Part shown: positions 1 to 9,650 of the stretch, piece after piece | Layout: each line of letters opens with the position of its first letter | Numbering within the stretch: position 1 is the first letter of the stretch | Assembly: GCA_040218735.1 (NCBI GenBank) | Contig: JAVJQW010000012.1 | Location: forward strand, 1 to 64,000 | From: Deltaproteobacteria bacterium | GTDB taxonomy: Bacteria > Myxococcota > Kuafuiibacteriia > Kuafuiibacteriales > Kuafuiibacteriaceae | DNA length: 64,000 nucleotides | Direction: 5' to 3' | The notes under the pieces: model-generated | What the model saw: the letters and a program-made list of their open reading frames with translations, nothing else | Databases searched by the model: none | What the model was told of the DNA's origin: nothing | Position numbers and translations under genes: made by a program

Positions 1-253
1 CGGGCACCCGCCGCGCCGCGCGCACCACGGCGACGCGCCGGCACGCCTGGTCCTCGGTCAGCCCGAGCCCCTCGACGCAGAACCGAAACAGCGAGCTGAA
101 GCCGCGCTCGACGTAGAGCTTGCGCCGCTCGATCTCCGCCAGGAACCGGAGCGCCTGCACACCGCTACTCAGCTCCGCGCGAAGCGCTTCACGAAGTCCG
201 CTCAGGAGATCGTTCTGGGTCATGCAAGACAGGTTGCAAGCGTTCGGGCTCAT
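1..253 (-). CDS. HNH endonuclease / DUF222-like myxobacterial protein, N-terminal part (runs off the window)
   Basis: Not in the ORF track. Manual translation: (MSPNACNLSC)MTQNDLLSGLREALRAELSSGVQALRFLAEIERRKLYVERGFSSLFRFCVEGLGLTEDQACRRVAVVRAARRVP. This fits the LAE.ERRKLY...G(F/Y)SSLF.(F/Y)C...L.L.E N-terminus of that family. Start at 253 or 223. Confidence 0.7.
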   Translation of the reverse strand, partial: MSPNACNLSCMTQNDLLSGLREALRAELSSGVQALRFLAEIERRKLYVERGFSSLFRFCVEGLGLTEDQACRRVAVVRAARRVP

Positions 254-726
254 GCATCGAAGGTATCATCGAGCCCTCGAAGCGCGATTTGGCGCGGCTC
301 CAGGACGAGGGCCTGAGACGTGCGAGGACGCACGCCATGAACCGTCAGCGTCCGAAGACGAGTCCAAGTCCAAAAACTTCGAAACGGACTGCGTTCGTCA
401 AGGAGATGGCCCGGACAGGGCCTTTGATCCCGTCAACCCCCAAAAGAGAAAAAGAAACCTCCTCCGCAACTCAGCTTGCGCGACCGGCAATCCCGCCTCA
501 CCAGCCGGCGAACCTCACAGGGTCCATCGCAGCCCTTCGACCGCCGCCGGCGCAATCATCCGACGCTCAATCCGGTGGTCTCGTGAACGCGTCGAAAGCG
601 GCGTGGGCGACGCGCGTGCGAGGCCGCGAAGATCCATCTGGGGGATGACCGCGGCGCGAGCGCTACATGGGAGGCATTGAGCGTGCCGCGGACCCTCGAG
701 CGGAGCCGACCGCCGCCCTACATGGA

Positions 727-762
727 GCGCGGGCCGCGCGGGCCGCGCGGGCCGCGCGGGCC
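727..762. repeat. Tandem repeat, 4 x GCGCGGGCC
   Basis: Four perfect 9-bp copies in the intergenic region. Confidence 0.9.
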
Positions 763-958
763 GGCGGGGCACTCCAGTGTCGGGCGATGGTTCCAGAGTG
801 CGTCGGGCGCGTCATGCCCCGCCTACGGCCTTTCCAGGCGGGCCAGATTCACGAAGTTGACGGCATTGGTTCGAGACGTGGGCCGTATCGCAAACGCAGA
901 CGGTCCGAGGGCTGTGCCCAGGTCCCCCGCAGCGCGAGGGACCTGGGCGGCCCGAACG

Positions 959-2434
959 TCAGTTACACGCGTTCGCCGGATAGTCCGACGTGGCGTCCTG
1001 GATCAGATCCGTGTTCGCACCGTTGATGCGCACCGCGTTGTTCCAGGTCGAGTTGCCGCCGCGGTGCACCGCGACGACGTAGCGGCTCCCGCCGTCGATC
1101 TCGTACACGCCGGAGCCGCTCATGCCGCCCGAGCTGTCCATCGTGTAGTAGATGCGGTTGGAGTCCTGCCACGAGATGGAGCCACCGTCGCCGTAGATCG
1201 AGCCGTGGCACGTTCCGCCCGCGAGCGGCGAATCGGAGCACTGCTGACCCTCGCCCGGGAAGCCGTACAGGTAGAGCGACTTGCCCCACAGCGAGCTGTA
1301 CTCGCGCCAGCCGTGCCAATACAGCGTGCAGCTCGAGCTGTTGTCGTAGAGCACGAAGACGCCGAAGTCGTGCGCGGCGCTCTCGTCGTCGAACCAGTTG
1401 CCGCGCACCACGCGCGTCCAGCGGTTCTTGTATCCGCTCGGCGACGGGTCGCGACCGTTCACCTCGGCGTCGATGCCGTCGGCGCCCGGGATCCACTTCG
1501 TGTTGTCGTTCCAGCTGCCGTTCTTGAACATGCAGTGGCCGGCCGTCGACACGAGGCGCGCGGAGATCTTCGTGCCGGAGCAGTCGACCTCGACCGGGAC
1601 CTCCTGCGTCGTGCGGCCGTCGTCGACGATCGTGCCCTTCGGCTGCCACACCGCGCTCGTCATCGAGTAGCCGTTCTGCCGGCTGCGGAGATCACGATCG
1701 TCGCTGCCGCCGATGATCTTCGCGCGCAGCTCGACCGGGACGTCGCGCCCCTCCTCCTCGAGCACCGGCCCCTGGTGGCTCGGACCTTCCCGGACGTCGC
1801 TTCGCACGTAGCCGTCCGGAACCTTGCGTCGCCAGATGGTCCCGTCACCCGCGTCGACGACGTAGAGATCCGGCCGCGAATCGAATCGCCACCCGAGGCG
1901 CGCGGCGATGCGCGCGCGGCGCGCGATGGACTCCGCTTCGAGGTGGTCGCCCTCGGCCTCGCGGGCTTCGGCGTCCAGCGCCTCGAACGCGGCGTCGCGC
2001 TGGTCGCGAAGTGCACGGAGCGCCTTCTGCACGGCGTACGGCGCGACCACGTTACGCCCGGCGAACTCGAAGTCCGGATCCGAAGCGTTGTTGCTCAGAC
2101 GGTTCGGCACCGGCGGAACGTCGCCGGGGATCTGCCCCGCGACGCGCACCAACGCGATCGCCTCGGAGAACGACGCTGCGCGCTCCACGAGCGCGAGCAG
2201 CGGCGCATCGAGCTCGGTCGGCGCGGGCGCTTCGATGCGTCCCTTCTCGATGTCGTCCAGGTCATGGGTTGCGGGATCGAGCGCACGAAGCGCCGCCCCG
2301 TGTGTCTCGGCGAAGTCCACGGCGTCTTCGACACGACCGTCGAAGCCCTCCCGCTGACAGGCTGTGGCCCCCAACATCAACGTCGCGGAGCAGATGGAAA
2401 CAAAGATGCGATGCAATCGCTGGTCTGTTGTCAT
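959..2434 (-). CDS. Trypsin-like (V8/glutamyl endopeptidase type) serine protease, lipoprotein
   Basis: Lipobox LGATAC; catalytic motifs STAGHC, HDFG and MDSSGGMSGSGV; long N-terminal pro-region. Start at 2434, or 2467 as in the track. Confidence 0.85.
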   Translation of the reverse strand: MTTDQRLHRIFVSICSATLMLGATACQREGFDGRVEDAVDFAETHGAALRALDPATHDLDDIEKGRIEAPAPTELDAPLLALVERAASFSEAIALVRVAGQIPGDVPPVPNRLSNNASDPDFEFAGRNVVAPYAVQKALRALRDQRDAAFEALDAEAREAEGDHLEAESIARRARIAARLGWRFDSRPDLYVVDAGDGTIWRRKVPDGYVRSDVREGPSHQGPVLEEEGRDVPVELRAKIIGGSDDRDLRSRQNGYSMTSAVWQPKGTIVDDGRTTQEVPVEVDCSGTKISARLVSTAGHCMFKNGSWNDNTKWIPGADGIDAEVNGRDPSPSGYKNRWTRVVRGNWFDDESAAHDFGVFVLYDNSSSCTLYWHGWREYSSLWGKSLYLYGFPGEGQQCSDSPLAGGTCHGSIYGDGGSISWQDSNRIYYTMDSSGGMSGSGVYEIDGGSRYVVAVHRGGNSTWNNAVRINGANTDLIQDATSDYPANACN

Positions 2435-2529
2435 GGCGCGCGACAACAGCAAGTCACGATCCGGCAAGTTCTCTTGCAGCTTCTCGTAAGTGCGATCTCA
2501 GCGAACGGGTGAGTTGCGAGAGTTGCCAT

Positions 2530-4227
2530 TCACAACAGACGAACGACCGGCTCTTCGCGCATCATGTATTTCTTCGTGCGAAGGTCGTAGACCGTCGCAC
2601 AAAGCCAACGCTCCGTGTTCACGCCGAAGGCGATCTCCAGCCGCGGCCGCTTGTCACTCGGCGGATGCGGCGGCTTGAGATAACCGAGCGTCGGGTTCGA
2701 TTCGTTCAGCGGGACGACGAGCGGCTCGCTGTTCTCCTCGCCGCGCCCTCCGCCGAGCTTGTGCAGCCGCCCCTCTGCATCCCATGCGAACTTACGGTCG
2801 CCGACGTAGTCGCGACCGACCTCGCAGATGACGAGCTTGAACATCGTCTCCGGCTCACCGAGTGAGCACGTCGGGACGAGCTGGCGCTTCCAGAAGTCGG
2901 AGGACGTCGGGAACCGCGTCCCGTGCGGCACGATCACCGAGTACTGCTTTTCGTGTGTGTTGAGATCGTGCGTCACGAACGCGTAGTCGTGCACGATGAA
3001 GTCAGACTGGTTGGACTGGTCCGCTGCGAACGCCGCCGCACCGTACGCGACCGCCTCGAACGGCTGCCACGCCCGCACGACGTCGCGCCCGAAGCGCTGC
3101 TCGAACACCGGATAGACACCCGGCAGCAGCGTCGAGCCGCCGACCATCAGGACGTCCTCGATGTCCTTCTCGGAGATGCCGTGTTTCTCGGCCTGCTGGA
3201 GCACGCCGTCGATGCACTCGCCGAGCGCCTCGTACAGGCCCTGCTGCTCCAGCACCCGAATGACGTCCTCACGCGTGACGTTGAGCGTCGACGACTCCCC
3301 GCGGATGCGCTCCTCGAATCGATGCAGCTCGTCGGGCGGCGTGGGGAGGAACGTCTCCGCCGACTTGAAGAAGACCGCCTCCTTCACGCGGCAGGTCTCC
3401 TGCAACATCATGCGACCCCAGAACGCCTTCGGCTCGCCGTCGGTGAGATCCGGGAACGGGTAGCCGAGCTGTTCGCAGAAGTCGGAGAGGAGCCACCGGT
3501 CGACGAGGTTTCCGCCGATCGGGCGCCCCTCCTTACCGAGCACCTCACACGAGCCCTCCTGCACGCCCTTCGCGGTGAGCGACACCAGCGCGACGTCGAG
3601 GGTGCCACCGCCGAAGTCCACGACGACGGCGAGGCGGTTCTGCTTGAGGCCGAGGCCGTAGCCGATCGCCGCCGCGACCGGCTCGTCGAGGAATCGAATC
3701 CGGCGCACGCCATACGCCTTGAAGATCGCGGAGAGCTCGGCGCGGTACGACTCGTAGGAGTCGACGGGCGTCGTCACCACGACGTCGCGGATGCGCTCGC
3801 CGGTGGTCTCCTTCACCTCGACGAGGAGCTCGCGCACGAACAGCCGCGCGACGTCGCGCGCAGAGACCGGGCGCTTACCGACGCGCGCGACGCTCCGAAG
3901 CGGCGCCCGGCCCAGGAACGGCTTGAACGAGGTCGCGTAGCTCGGCCGCACCTGACCCGCGTTCATCTCCATCGCCGGGCGACCGATCTGCGCCTGCTTG
4001 CCGAGGAACATCGACTTCGCGATCGGCTTCCACCGCCCGAGCCGCGCCCAGAAGCCGAGCGACTCGTAGACCTGCGTCACCGACGGCACGAGCAGCGGCG
4101 CCTCGAGGTGATCGTCCGAGCCGGGGCGACGACAGATATCCGGGAGCTCGACCAGCCGGGGCCGTCCCTCCTCTTCGCTCCAACGCGCCACGCCCGTGTT
4201 CGTGGTGCCGAGATCGATTGCCCACAT
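2530..4227 (-). CDS. Hsp70-family protein (atypical, not DnaK)
   Basis: AIDLGTTNT, DEPVAAAIGYG, VVDFGGGTLDV, GGNLVD and VLMVGGSTLLP nucleotide-binding motifs; short non-canonical C-terminal domain. Confidence 0.9.
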   Translation of the reverse strand: MWAIDLGTTNTGVARWSEEEGRPRLVELPDICRRPGSDDHLEAPLLVPSVTQVYESLGFWARLGRWKPIAKSMFLGKQAQIGRPAMEMNAGQVRPSYATSFKPFLGRAPLRSVARVGKRPVSARDVARLFVRELLVEVKETTGERIRDVVVTTPVDSYESYRAELSAIFKAYGVRRIRFLDEPVAAAIGYGLGLKQNRLAVVVDFGGGTLDVALVSLTAKGVQEGSCEVLGKEGRPIGGNLVDRWLLSDFCEQLGYPFPDLTDGEPKAFWGRMMLQETCRVKEAVFFKSAETFLPTPPDELHRFEERIRGESSTLNVTREDVIRVLEQQGLYEALGECIDGVLQQAEKHGISEKDIEDVLMVGGSTLLPGVYPVFEQRFGRDVVRAWQPFEAVAYGAAAFAADQSNQSDFIVHDYAFVTHDLNTHEKQYSVIVPHGTRFPTSSDFWKRQLVPTCSLGEPETMFKLVICEVGRDYVGDRKFAWDAEGRLHKLGGGRGEENSEPLVVPLNESNPTLGYLKPPHPPSDKRPRLEIAFGVNTERWLCATVYDLRTKKYMMREEPVVRLL

Positions 4228-4290
4228 CGCGGTCTACAGGCGCAAACGATGCCGGCGCGACCGGCGCATGTTCGCGATTGCGCCTTTTAT

Positions 4291-4386
4291 CAAGGCTTCG
4301 GCCCGGCGCGAAGCGGCGGGTCCGAAGACTGTGCCAAGGTCTCGGCCCGGCGCGAAGCGGCGGGTCCCTCGCGAAGCGAGAGACCG
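4291..4386. repeat. REP-like hairpin element: two 33-bp direct repeats plus a terminal hairpin
   Basis: 4291-4323 and 4335-4367 match at 31/33 (caaggNNtcggcccggcgcgaagcggcgggtcc), followed by the hairpin ggtccctcgc-gaa-gcgagagacc. Confidence 0.75.
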
Positions 4387-4881
4387 TTACGGCCAAGGCT
4401 TCGAACCCCGAAACAGGTCCCTCAGCGGCACGCGGTCCATGCGACCGTCACCGTGCTGGCGTTGCAGCTCCGCGAGCCGCCCCTCGAACGGGCCGAGCGT
4501 GAAACACTGCGCCGTCGGCAGCTCCACCAGCTCGGGCCCCGGCTCGTTGAGCGGACAGATATCGCGGTACTCCGCGCCGTCGTCCTCCCAGCGCAGCGGG
4601 AGGCCCTGCGTACGGCACACGTAGGGCCGATCCGCGTAGACCCGGCAGGCCCCCTCGGTGTCGAGGAGCGCGCAGCCGCCGGCCGGGCCGGGCTCGGAGG
4701 CGAAGACCGCCGGGTGCCGCGCGACGAGGTGCTCGGCTTCGAGCGCGAACACCGTGAGCCCGTCGACGCAGCAGTCGTGGCAACCCCGCTGGCACTGAAG
4801 GCGCGCGGCGTGATGGGCGGCGACCGAGGCCGAGGCCGCGTCGACCTCTCGGTAGAGCGCTTCGAGCGCGTCGAACGTCAC
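4387..4881 (-). CDS. YkgJ-family (CxxCxxCC) Zn/Fe-chelating protein
   Basis: CQRGCHDCC ... CALLDTEGACRVYADRPYVCR ... CPLN. Confidence 0.9.
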   Translation of the reverse strand: MTFDALEALYREVDAASASVAAHHAARLQCQRGCHDCCVDGLTVFALEAEHLVARHPAVFASEPGPAGGCALLDTEGACRVYADRPYVCRTQGLPLRWEDDGAEYRDICPLNEPGPELVELPTAQCFTLGPFEGRLAELQRQHGDGRMDRVPLRDLFRGSKPWP

Positions 4882-4955
4882 GCGCGCGAGCTTAACGTGC
4901 GCGCGGCGCCTGTTGATAGCGCTTCGTCGTCACACGTGCGAAGGACATCGACGGC

Positions 4956-6203
4956 GTGAACGCCCTGGTCATCCTGCTCTTGTGCCTCGTGATGTTCACG
5001 TCCGGGGCGGACATGCTGATCATGACGCCCATCCTCCCGCAGGTCGCGAACGACCTGGGCGTCGGAGTCGACGTCGGCGGGCTCTGGGTCACCTCGTACT
5101 CGATCGCCACGGCCGCCTTCGCGCTGATCTTCGGCCCGATCTCCGACCGCGTGGGGCGCAAACCGATCCTGATCGCCGGCATCGCCGTGCTCGCGGGAGG
5201 GACCGCGGCGTGTGGCTTCGCCGAAGGTTTCACGACGATGCTCGTGTCGCGTTTCGTCGCGGGCGCCGGGGCCGGGCTCCTCGTGACGTCGACGACCAGC
5301 TTCGTCGCCGACCACTTCCCCGACGAGGAGCGCGCGGTGGTCATGGGCTACGTGATGAGCGGCTTCTTCCTCGCGCTGATCCTCGGCGTGCCGCTCGGCG
5401 CCTTCCTCGCGGGGACCTTCGGCTGGCACGACATGTTCTTCGTGTTCACCGGGTGGGCCGCGCTCGTCGCGCTCGGGTTGGTGCTCCTGCCGAAGCCACG
5501 CCTGGAGATCCGCTCCAAGGAGCTGTCGATCGGCGGCGCGCTCCGCGCGTACTTCGAGCTGCTCAAGGACAGGAAGGTCCTCGGCGTGCTCCTCATGTCC
5601 GCCGCGATCGGCGCGAGCATGACGATGTTCTCCGTGTACACGAGCCCGTGGTTCGCGAACGCCTTCGGCCTCGACACGTCGGACCGCGGCCTGGTCTACG
5701 CCGTCGGCGGGCCCGCCGTGCTGATAGGCGGTCCGATGGCGGGGCGCCTGTCGAACCGCTTCGGCCGCGTCACGCTGATCCTCGCGGGCAGCGCGCTCAT
5801 GGCGACGATGCAGCTCGTCCTCCCGACCACCCCGCGCGCGAGCGACTGGATCGCGGGGCACGTCGACGGCAGCGCCTTCACCCAGCTCGGCGACGTGGGC
5901 TGGCCGATCGTGGCGCCCGCCCTGCTCTGCTTCGTGCTCGCGATGCTCGCCGGCTCGATGCGCAGCGCGCCGTTCCAGACCCTCGCGCTGGAGATCGTCC
6001 GCGCCGAGCGACGCGGCGCCCTCGCGGCGATCCGCAACACCTTCAACCACGGCGGTAGCGGTATCGGCGCAGCCCTCGGGGGCGCGGTGTGGGCCGCCGC
6101 CGAGCACCCCTATCCGTCGGTGTGCCTCCTCGCCGCGACGCTCACCGTCGCCGGCGGCGCGCTACTGTATCTGCTCGTCGGCCGCGATAACCCCGCCGTC
6201 TGA
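4956..6203 (+). CDS. MFS transporter
   Basis: About 12 hydrophobic segments; motif A GPISDRVGRK and GRLSNRFGR. Confidence 0.9.
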   Translation: MNALVILLLCLVMFTSGADMLIMTPILPQVANDLGVGVDVGGLWVTSYSIATAAFALIFGPISDRVGRKPILIAGIAVLAGGTAACGFAEGFTTMLVSRFVAGAGAGLLVTSTTSFVADHFPDEERAVVMGYVMSGFFLALILGVPLGAFLAGTFGWHDMFFVFTGWAALVALGLVLLPKPRLEIRSKELSIGGALRAYFELLKDRKVLGVLLMSAAIGASMTMFSVYTSPWFANAFGLDTSDRGLVYAVGGPAVLIGGPMAGRLSNRFGRVTLILAGSALMATMQLVLPTTPRASDWIAGHVDGSAFTQLGDVGWPIVAPALLCFVLAMLAGSMRSAPFQTLALEIVRAERRGALAAIRNTFNHGGSGIGAALGGAVWAAAEHPYPSVCLLAATLTVAGGALLYLLVGRDNPAV

Positions 6204-6770
6204 GCGCTCGGTGACCCAGAGGTCGGACAGGTGGATCTCGAGGCCCTCGAAGGGCGCTATCTCGACGGTCTCGTCGTCCGCGTGGGCGCCGGCGAGGAGC
6301 CACCCCTGCTCCGCGCGGCGGTAGACCTCGACGGCGTGCTCTAAGGGATCGACGAGCCACACGTGCTCGACCCCCGCCGCGTGATACCGCGGGAGCTTTC
6401 GGAGGCGGTCGAACTTGCGGGTCGACGGCGACAGCACCTCGCAGAGCCACGTCGGCGCCGCCGTGAAGAAGGCGACGTCCAGGTCGAGCTCGACGTGGTC
6501 GGCGCGGCGCCAGCCCGCGAGGTCCGGGACCAGGACGTCGCGACCGAAGTGCAGCTCCGGTTCATCGAGGATGGTCCAACCTCCGGGCCCACCGCGCCCC
6601 AGATGGAACGGCGGCCCGACGATCATCCCGAGCGCGGACGCTGCGCTGGCGTGCGGCACCGCCGGCCTCGGCTGCAGGAACAGCTCCCCGTCCAGCAGCT
6701 CCGCGACCATGTTCGCGGGCGCCGCGACGACGTCTTCGTACGTGGCATCGAGCTTCGCGGGCGCGACCAT
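6162..6770 (-). CDS. Uma2 (DUF820) family endonuclease
   Basis: AELLDGEL..PRP..PH, EPELH, VPDLAGWR, CEVLSPST, K...Y...GV.HVWLVDP. Confidence 0.92.
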   Translation of the reverse strand: MVAPAKLDATYEDVVAAPANMVAELLDGELFLQPRPAVPHASAASALGMIVGPPFHLGRGGPGGWTILDEPELHFGRDVLVPDLAGWRRADHVELDLDVAFFTAAPTWLCEVLSPSTRKFDRLRKLPRYHAAGVEHVWLVDPLEHAVEVYRRAEQGWLLAGAHADDETVEIAPFEGLEIHLSDLWVTERSDGGVIAADEQIQ

Positions 6771-6819
6771 GACCTCGTCAAGGTAGCACTTCGCACCCGC
6801 CGACGGGTTCGGAATTCAT

Positions 6820-8469
6820 TCAGAGCGTCACGCCGCAGGCGTCGACCTCCATGCTGCACTCCCCCGCCTCGAGCTTCGGCCGGACGCACCCGTCGAACGA
6901 CAGGATTTGGTTCGTGCACGTCGACGCGATGCAGTTCGGATCCTCGGTGCGCGCGCACCCGTCGAAACAATCCAACATCTGCTGCGCGAGCGGCCCGCAC
7001 TCCGTCGACGTGCACGGGATGATGCCGGTGAGCAGACACGACGCGCACCCGTTCGTCGCCCCGCACTGGAGCATGCAACCCGTCATCGGGAAGCGCGGCG
7101 ACTTACACGCGTCGTAGCAGTCCTGGAACCCTTCGCAGATCTCGCCGCCGGCCTGCGGAACGTACGGCGCGTACGGCTGCACGAAGGTCATCGTGTTGAG
7201 GCACATCTCGTCGAGCGTCCCTTCGCCCCAACGCACCGTGCGCGGCTCGAGCTGCTCTCCGTTCACGATCGGCTGGTTGCCCGCCGAGTTGTCGTACGTG
7301 CACTCCACGCGGATCGTCTCGCCCGGCTGCACCACCAGCTCGTCACCCGGCTGGAAGACGTAGCCCTGCTGCCAGTTGAAGTCCCAACGCGGCACGTCGA
7401 GCACACACTCTTCGCTGCCGTCGAGCGTCTCCTTCACGACGCGCTGGCTCTTGCCGAGCAAGTGCATGTGCGGCGACGTCGCGACGACCGTCCACGGCTC
7501 GTCGGAGTGGTTCGTGAAGCGACGCGTCTGGACCGAGTCGGCGTCCCCCGCCTCGATGTCGATGCCGAGGTGCGGGAGGAACGTCGGGTCGAGGATGTAC
7601 TCGGGCCGCTGCGTCTCGAACCACAGCTGCGCCATCGTCTGGTCCGGCGTCACCGCGCCCGCGAGTGTGTTGTAGTGCATCTGCATCACGAGCTTCGCGC
7701 CGGCCGGGATGCGGATCATCGCTTCGAGCGAAGACACCGACGGCACGTTCCCCGGCACCCACCCCACGATCGGCGTCGGATTGCCCGCGCCCACACCACC
7801 GAAACACGTGTAACCCTCGCCGGGCTCGCGCGCGTCGAGCGCTTCGACGTGCGCGGCGACGTGCGGCTCCACCAAGTAGACGATCACGTGGTGAACCAAC
7901 GCCGTCTGATCCGGGACGATGTTCGACGCGCGCAGGAACGTCTCCTCGGGGAAGTCGTAGGCGAGCGGGAAACAACGGTAGTCATCGGGGCGCTCCATGT
8001 TCGGCGTGTACGGCGCCGCCGCCGCGAGCTCGGCCGTCGGCGCGCCGAGGAGCTCCAACGGCGACAGGCCCTGCTGCTCGGTCTCGATCGGCTCGTAGTC
8101 CGCCTCGTCGCCCTCCGGCATCCCGGCCTCCATCCAGGTGCGGAACATGCCGATCTGATCCGCGGTGAGGAGGCGCTCACCCACGAAGTGGCGACAGTCC
8201 GGGTCCGGCATCCATGGCGGCATCCGCCCCGCCTCCACGGAACCGACGACGGCGGGCGCGGCGGCGACGAGCGCGTCGTAGGTGTCGAGCGCGAACGGCC
8301 CGATCCCACCGGCCTGGTGGCACGACACACACTGCGACTCGACGACGGCCCGCAGGCCGCCCTGGTACGTCTGCGACGCGGTGGGTGGGGTGTCGACGTC
8401 CTTCGGAGCGTCGTTACACGCGACGACCGTCAACACGATCAGACCGAGGGGGAGAATCTTCCAGCTCAT
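6820..8469 (-). CDS. Lipoprotein: c-type heme domain + copper type II (DBH/PHM-like) monooxygenase + Cys-rich tail
   Basis: Lipobox VVAC; CVSCH; DDYRCF, VHHVIVY, QMHYN, PHMHLLG and DEMC copper-ligand motifs. ATG at 8469 overlaps the upstream stop. Confidence 0.85.
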   Translation of the reverse strand: MSWKILPLGLIVLTVVACNDAPKDVDTPPTASQTYQGGLRAVVESQCVSCHQAGGIGPFALDTYDALVAAAPAVVGSVEAGRMPPWMPDPDCRHFVGERLLTADQIGMFRTWMEAGMPEGDEADYEPIETEQQGLSPLELLGAPTAELAAAAPYTPNMERPDDYRCFPLAYDFPEETFLRASNIVPDQTALVHHVIVYLVEPHVAAHVEALDAREPGEGYTCFGGVGAGNPTPIVGWVPGNVPSVSSLEAMIRIPAGAKLVMQMHYNTLAGAVTPDQTMAQLWFETQRPEYILDPTFLPHLGIDIEAGDADSVQTRRFTNHSDEPWTVVATSPHMHLLGKSQRVVKETLDGSEECVLDVPRWDFNWQQGYVFQPGDELVVQPGETIRVECTYDNSAGNQPIVNGEQLEPRTVRWGEGTLDEMCLNTMTFVQPYAPYVPQAGGEICEGFQDCYDACKSPRFPMTGCMLQCGATNGCASCLLTGIIPCTSTECGPLAQQMLDCFDGCARTEDPNCIASTCTNQILSFDGCVRPKLEAGECSMEVDACGVTL

Positions 8470-9545
8470 GAACGTTCCTTTCGAGCGAGGGCGAGCAGAC
8501 CGACGAGGAGCCCCCACGGCCAACGCGCTTCGTGCGCCGCGTCCGTGCAGGTGCATCCCGTCATCGGTTCGGGCTCGGGTTCGGGCAGCTCGATTTGCCC
8601 GTCGAGGTTCGCTTCGGTCTTCAGATCGATCCATTGCGCGCGACATCCGACTTCGTCCTCGACTCCGGTCAGGTCCGGCGGCAACACGGTGTCCAGCTCG
8701 AACACCGGGGCGCCGCGGTCATCGACACGGTACAGCGCGCGCAGCGTACAGACGAAGCCTCGATCGAGGCACGTGTAGCGACGCGTGTCGTCGATGACCG
8801 ACTCGACGTCCTGCTCGAGGGCGACGAGCCGACCGTCGTGGACGATTCGCACCTCGTCGAGCGCCGCGTCGGGTCCGAACAGGCTCGACGTCGAAGTCAC
8901 GATCCATTCGACGGCGTCACCTTCGATGCGCCCGATTCGGGTCTCGGCCGGTCCTCGCGCGCGGATCCAAATCGAAGTCCCTACGCGCCGCGGCGTCACG
9001 AAAGCACCGTCCAGACCGGCCGCGTAGCGGTCCGTGGTGGTGGATCCCTGGTTCGGAATCGTCACGAGGATGAGACCCCCACCGACCTCCCCCCCTGCCA
9101 CCAAAACACCGGCGGCGTCGGCCGCGAGGCCGTCGAGCAAGCCCGCTTGCGTGTGGATCTCGGCGGCCGATCCGTCGACGCGATAGACCGACGAGGGCTC
9201 ACCGCGGACCGCCGCGAACACGCCCGCTTCGGACGCCCCCGCGACGAGCACCGAAGTCAGCGGATCCGTCCGGTCGAGCCGCCCGTCGTCCGCGAATCGG
9301 TAGACACCGCCCACGCCAAAGACGTAGCCCCCCGCGGTCGGCGGCCGCTCGGGCCCGCCCCAGGCGGCGGGGCACACGTAGCGATAACGCCCGTCGTCGC
9401 CGCGCCGCGCGAGCCCGTGGGAGAGGCGGACGAGAGCCAGGGGATCCACCGCCGGCCCGGCGGCGCCGAGGACCGCCGGCGTCTGGTGCGCGAGCGCGGT
9501 CGCAGGGACCCCGACGAGCACGGCGATGAGCAGCGGCGTTCGCAC
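8466..9545 (-). CDS. Secreted beta-rich protein with MYXO-CTERM-like anchor
   Basis: Signal peptide MRTPLLIAVLVGVPATALA; ends GCTCT...WPWGLLVGLLALARKERS. GTG 9545 chosen as start (track start 9596). Confidence 0.75.
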   Translation of the reverse strand: MRTPLLIAVLVGVPATALAHQTPAVLGAAGPAVDPLALVRLSHGLARRGDDGRYRYVCPAAWGGPERPPTAGGYVFGVGGVYRFADDGRLDRTDPLTSVLVAGASEAGVFAAVRGEPSSVYRVDGSAAEIHTQAGLLDGLAADAAGVLVAGGEVGGGLILVTIPNQGSTTTDRYAAGLDGAFVTPRRVGTSIWIRARGPAETRIGRIEGDAVEWIVTSTSSLFGPDAALDEVRIVHDGRLVALEQDVESVIDDTRRYTCLDRGFVCTLRALYRVDDRGAPVFELDTVLPPDLTGVEDEVGCRAQWIDLKTEANLDGQIELPEPEPEPMTGCTCTDAAHEARWPWGLLVGLLALARKERS

Positions 9546-9650
9546 CGTCTCGAATCTGAACGAACCGGTGCCTCGTTTCCAAGTGTTGGTGCCCACGTAC
9601 CTACCTCGACCCTAGCTTCAAGACCTGTTTTTCGGGCGAGACTTGCCACT

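Noticed and set aside
120-1026. Short ORFs 120..680, 289..648, 515..772 and 667..1026
   Set aside because: No recognisable motifs, low-complexity composition, and partial overlap with real genes.
677-2512. Long plus-strand ORF and similar Arg/Ala-rich ORFs (e.g. 2923..4959, 6907..8778, 20081..22063, 28209..30515, 36416..38431)
   Set aside because: Stop-poor shadow frames opposite motif-bearing genes, as expected at high GC.
4291-4386. Mini CRISPR array
   Set aside because: Only two 33-bp repeats with an 11-bp spacer, and no cas genes.
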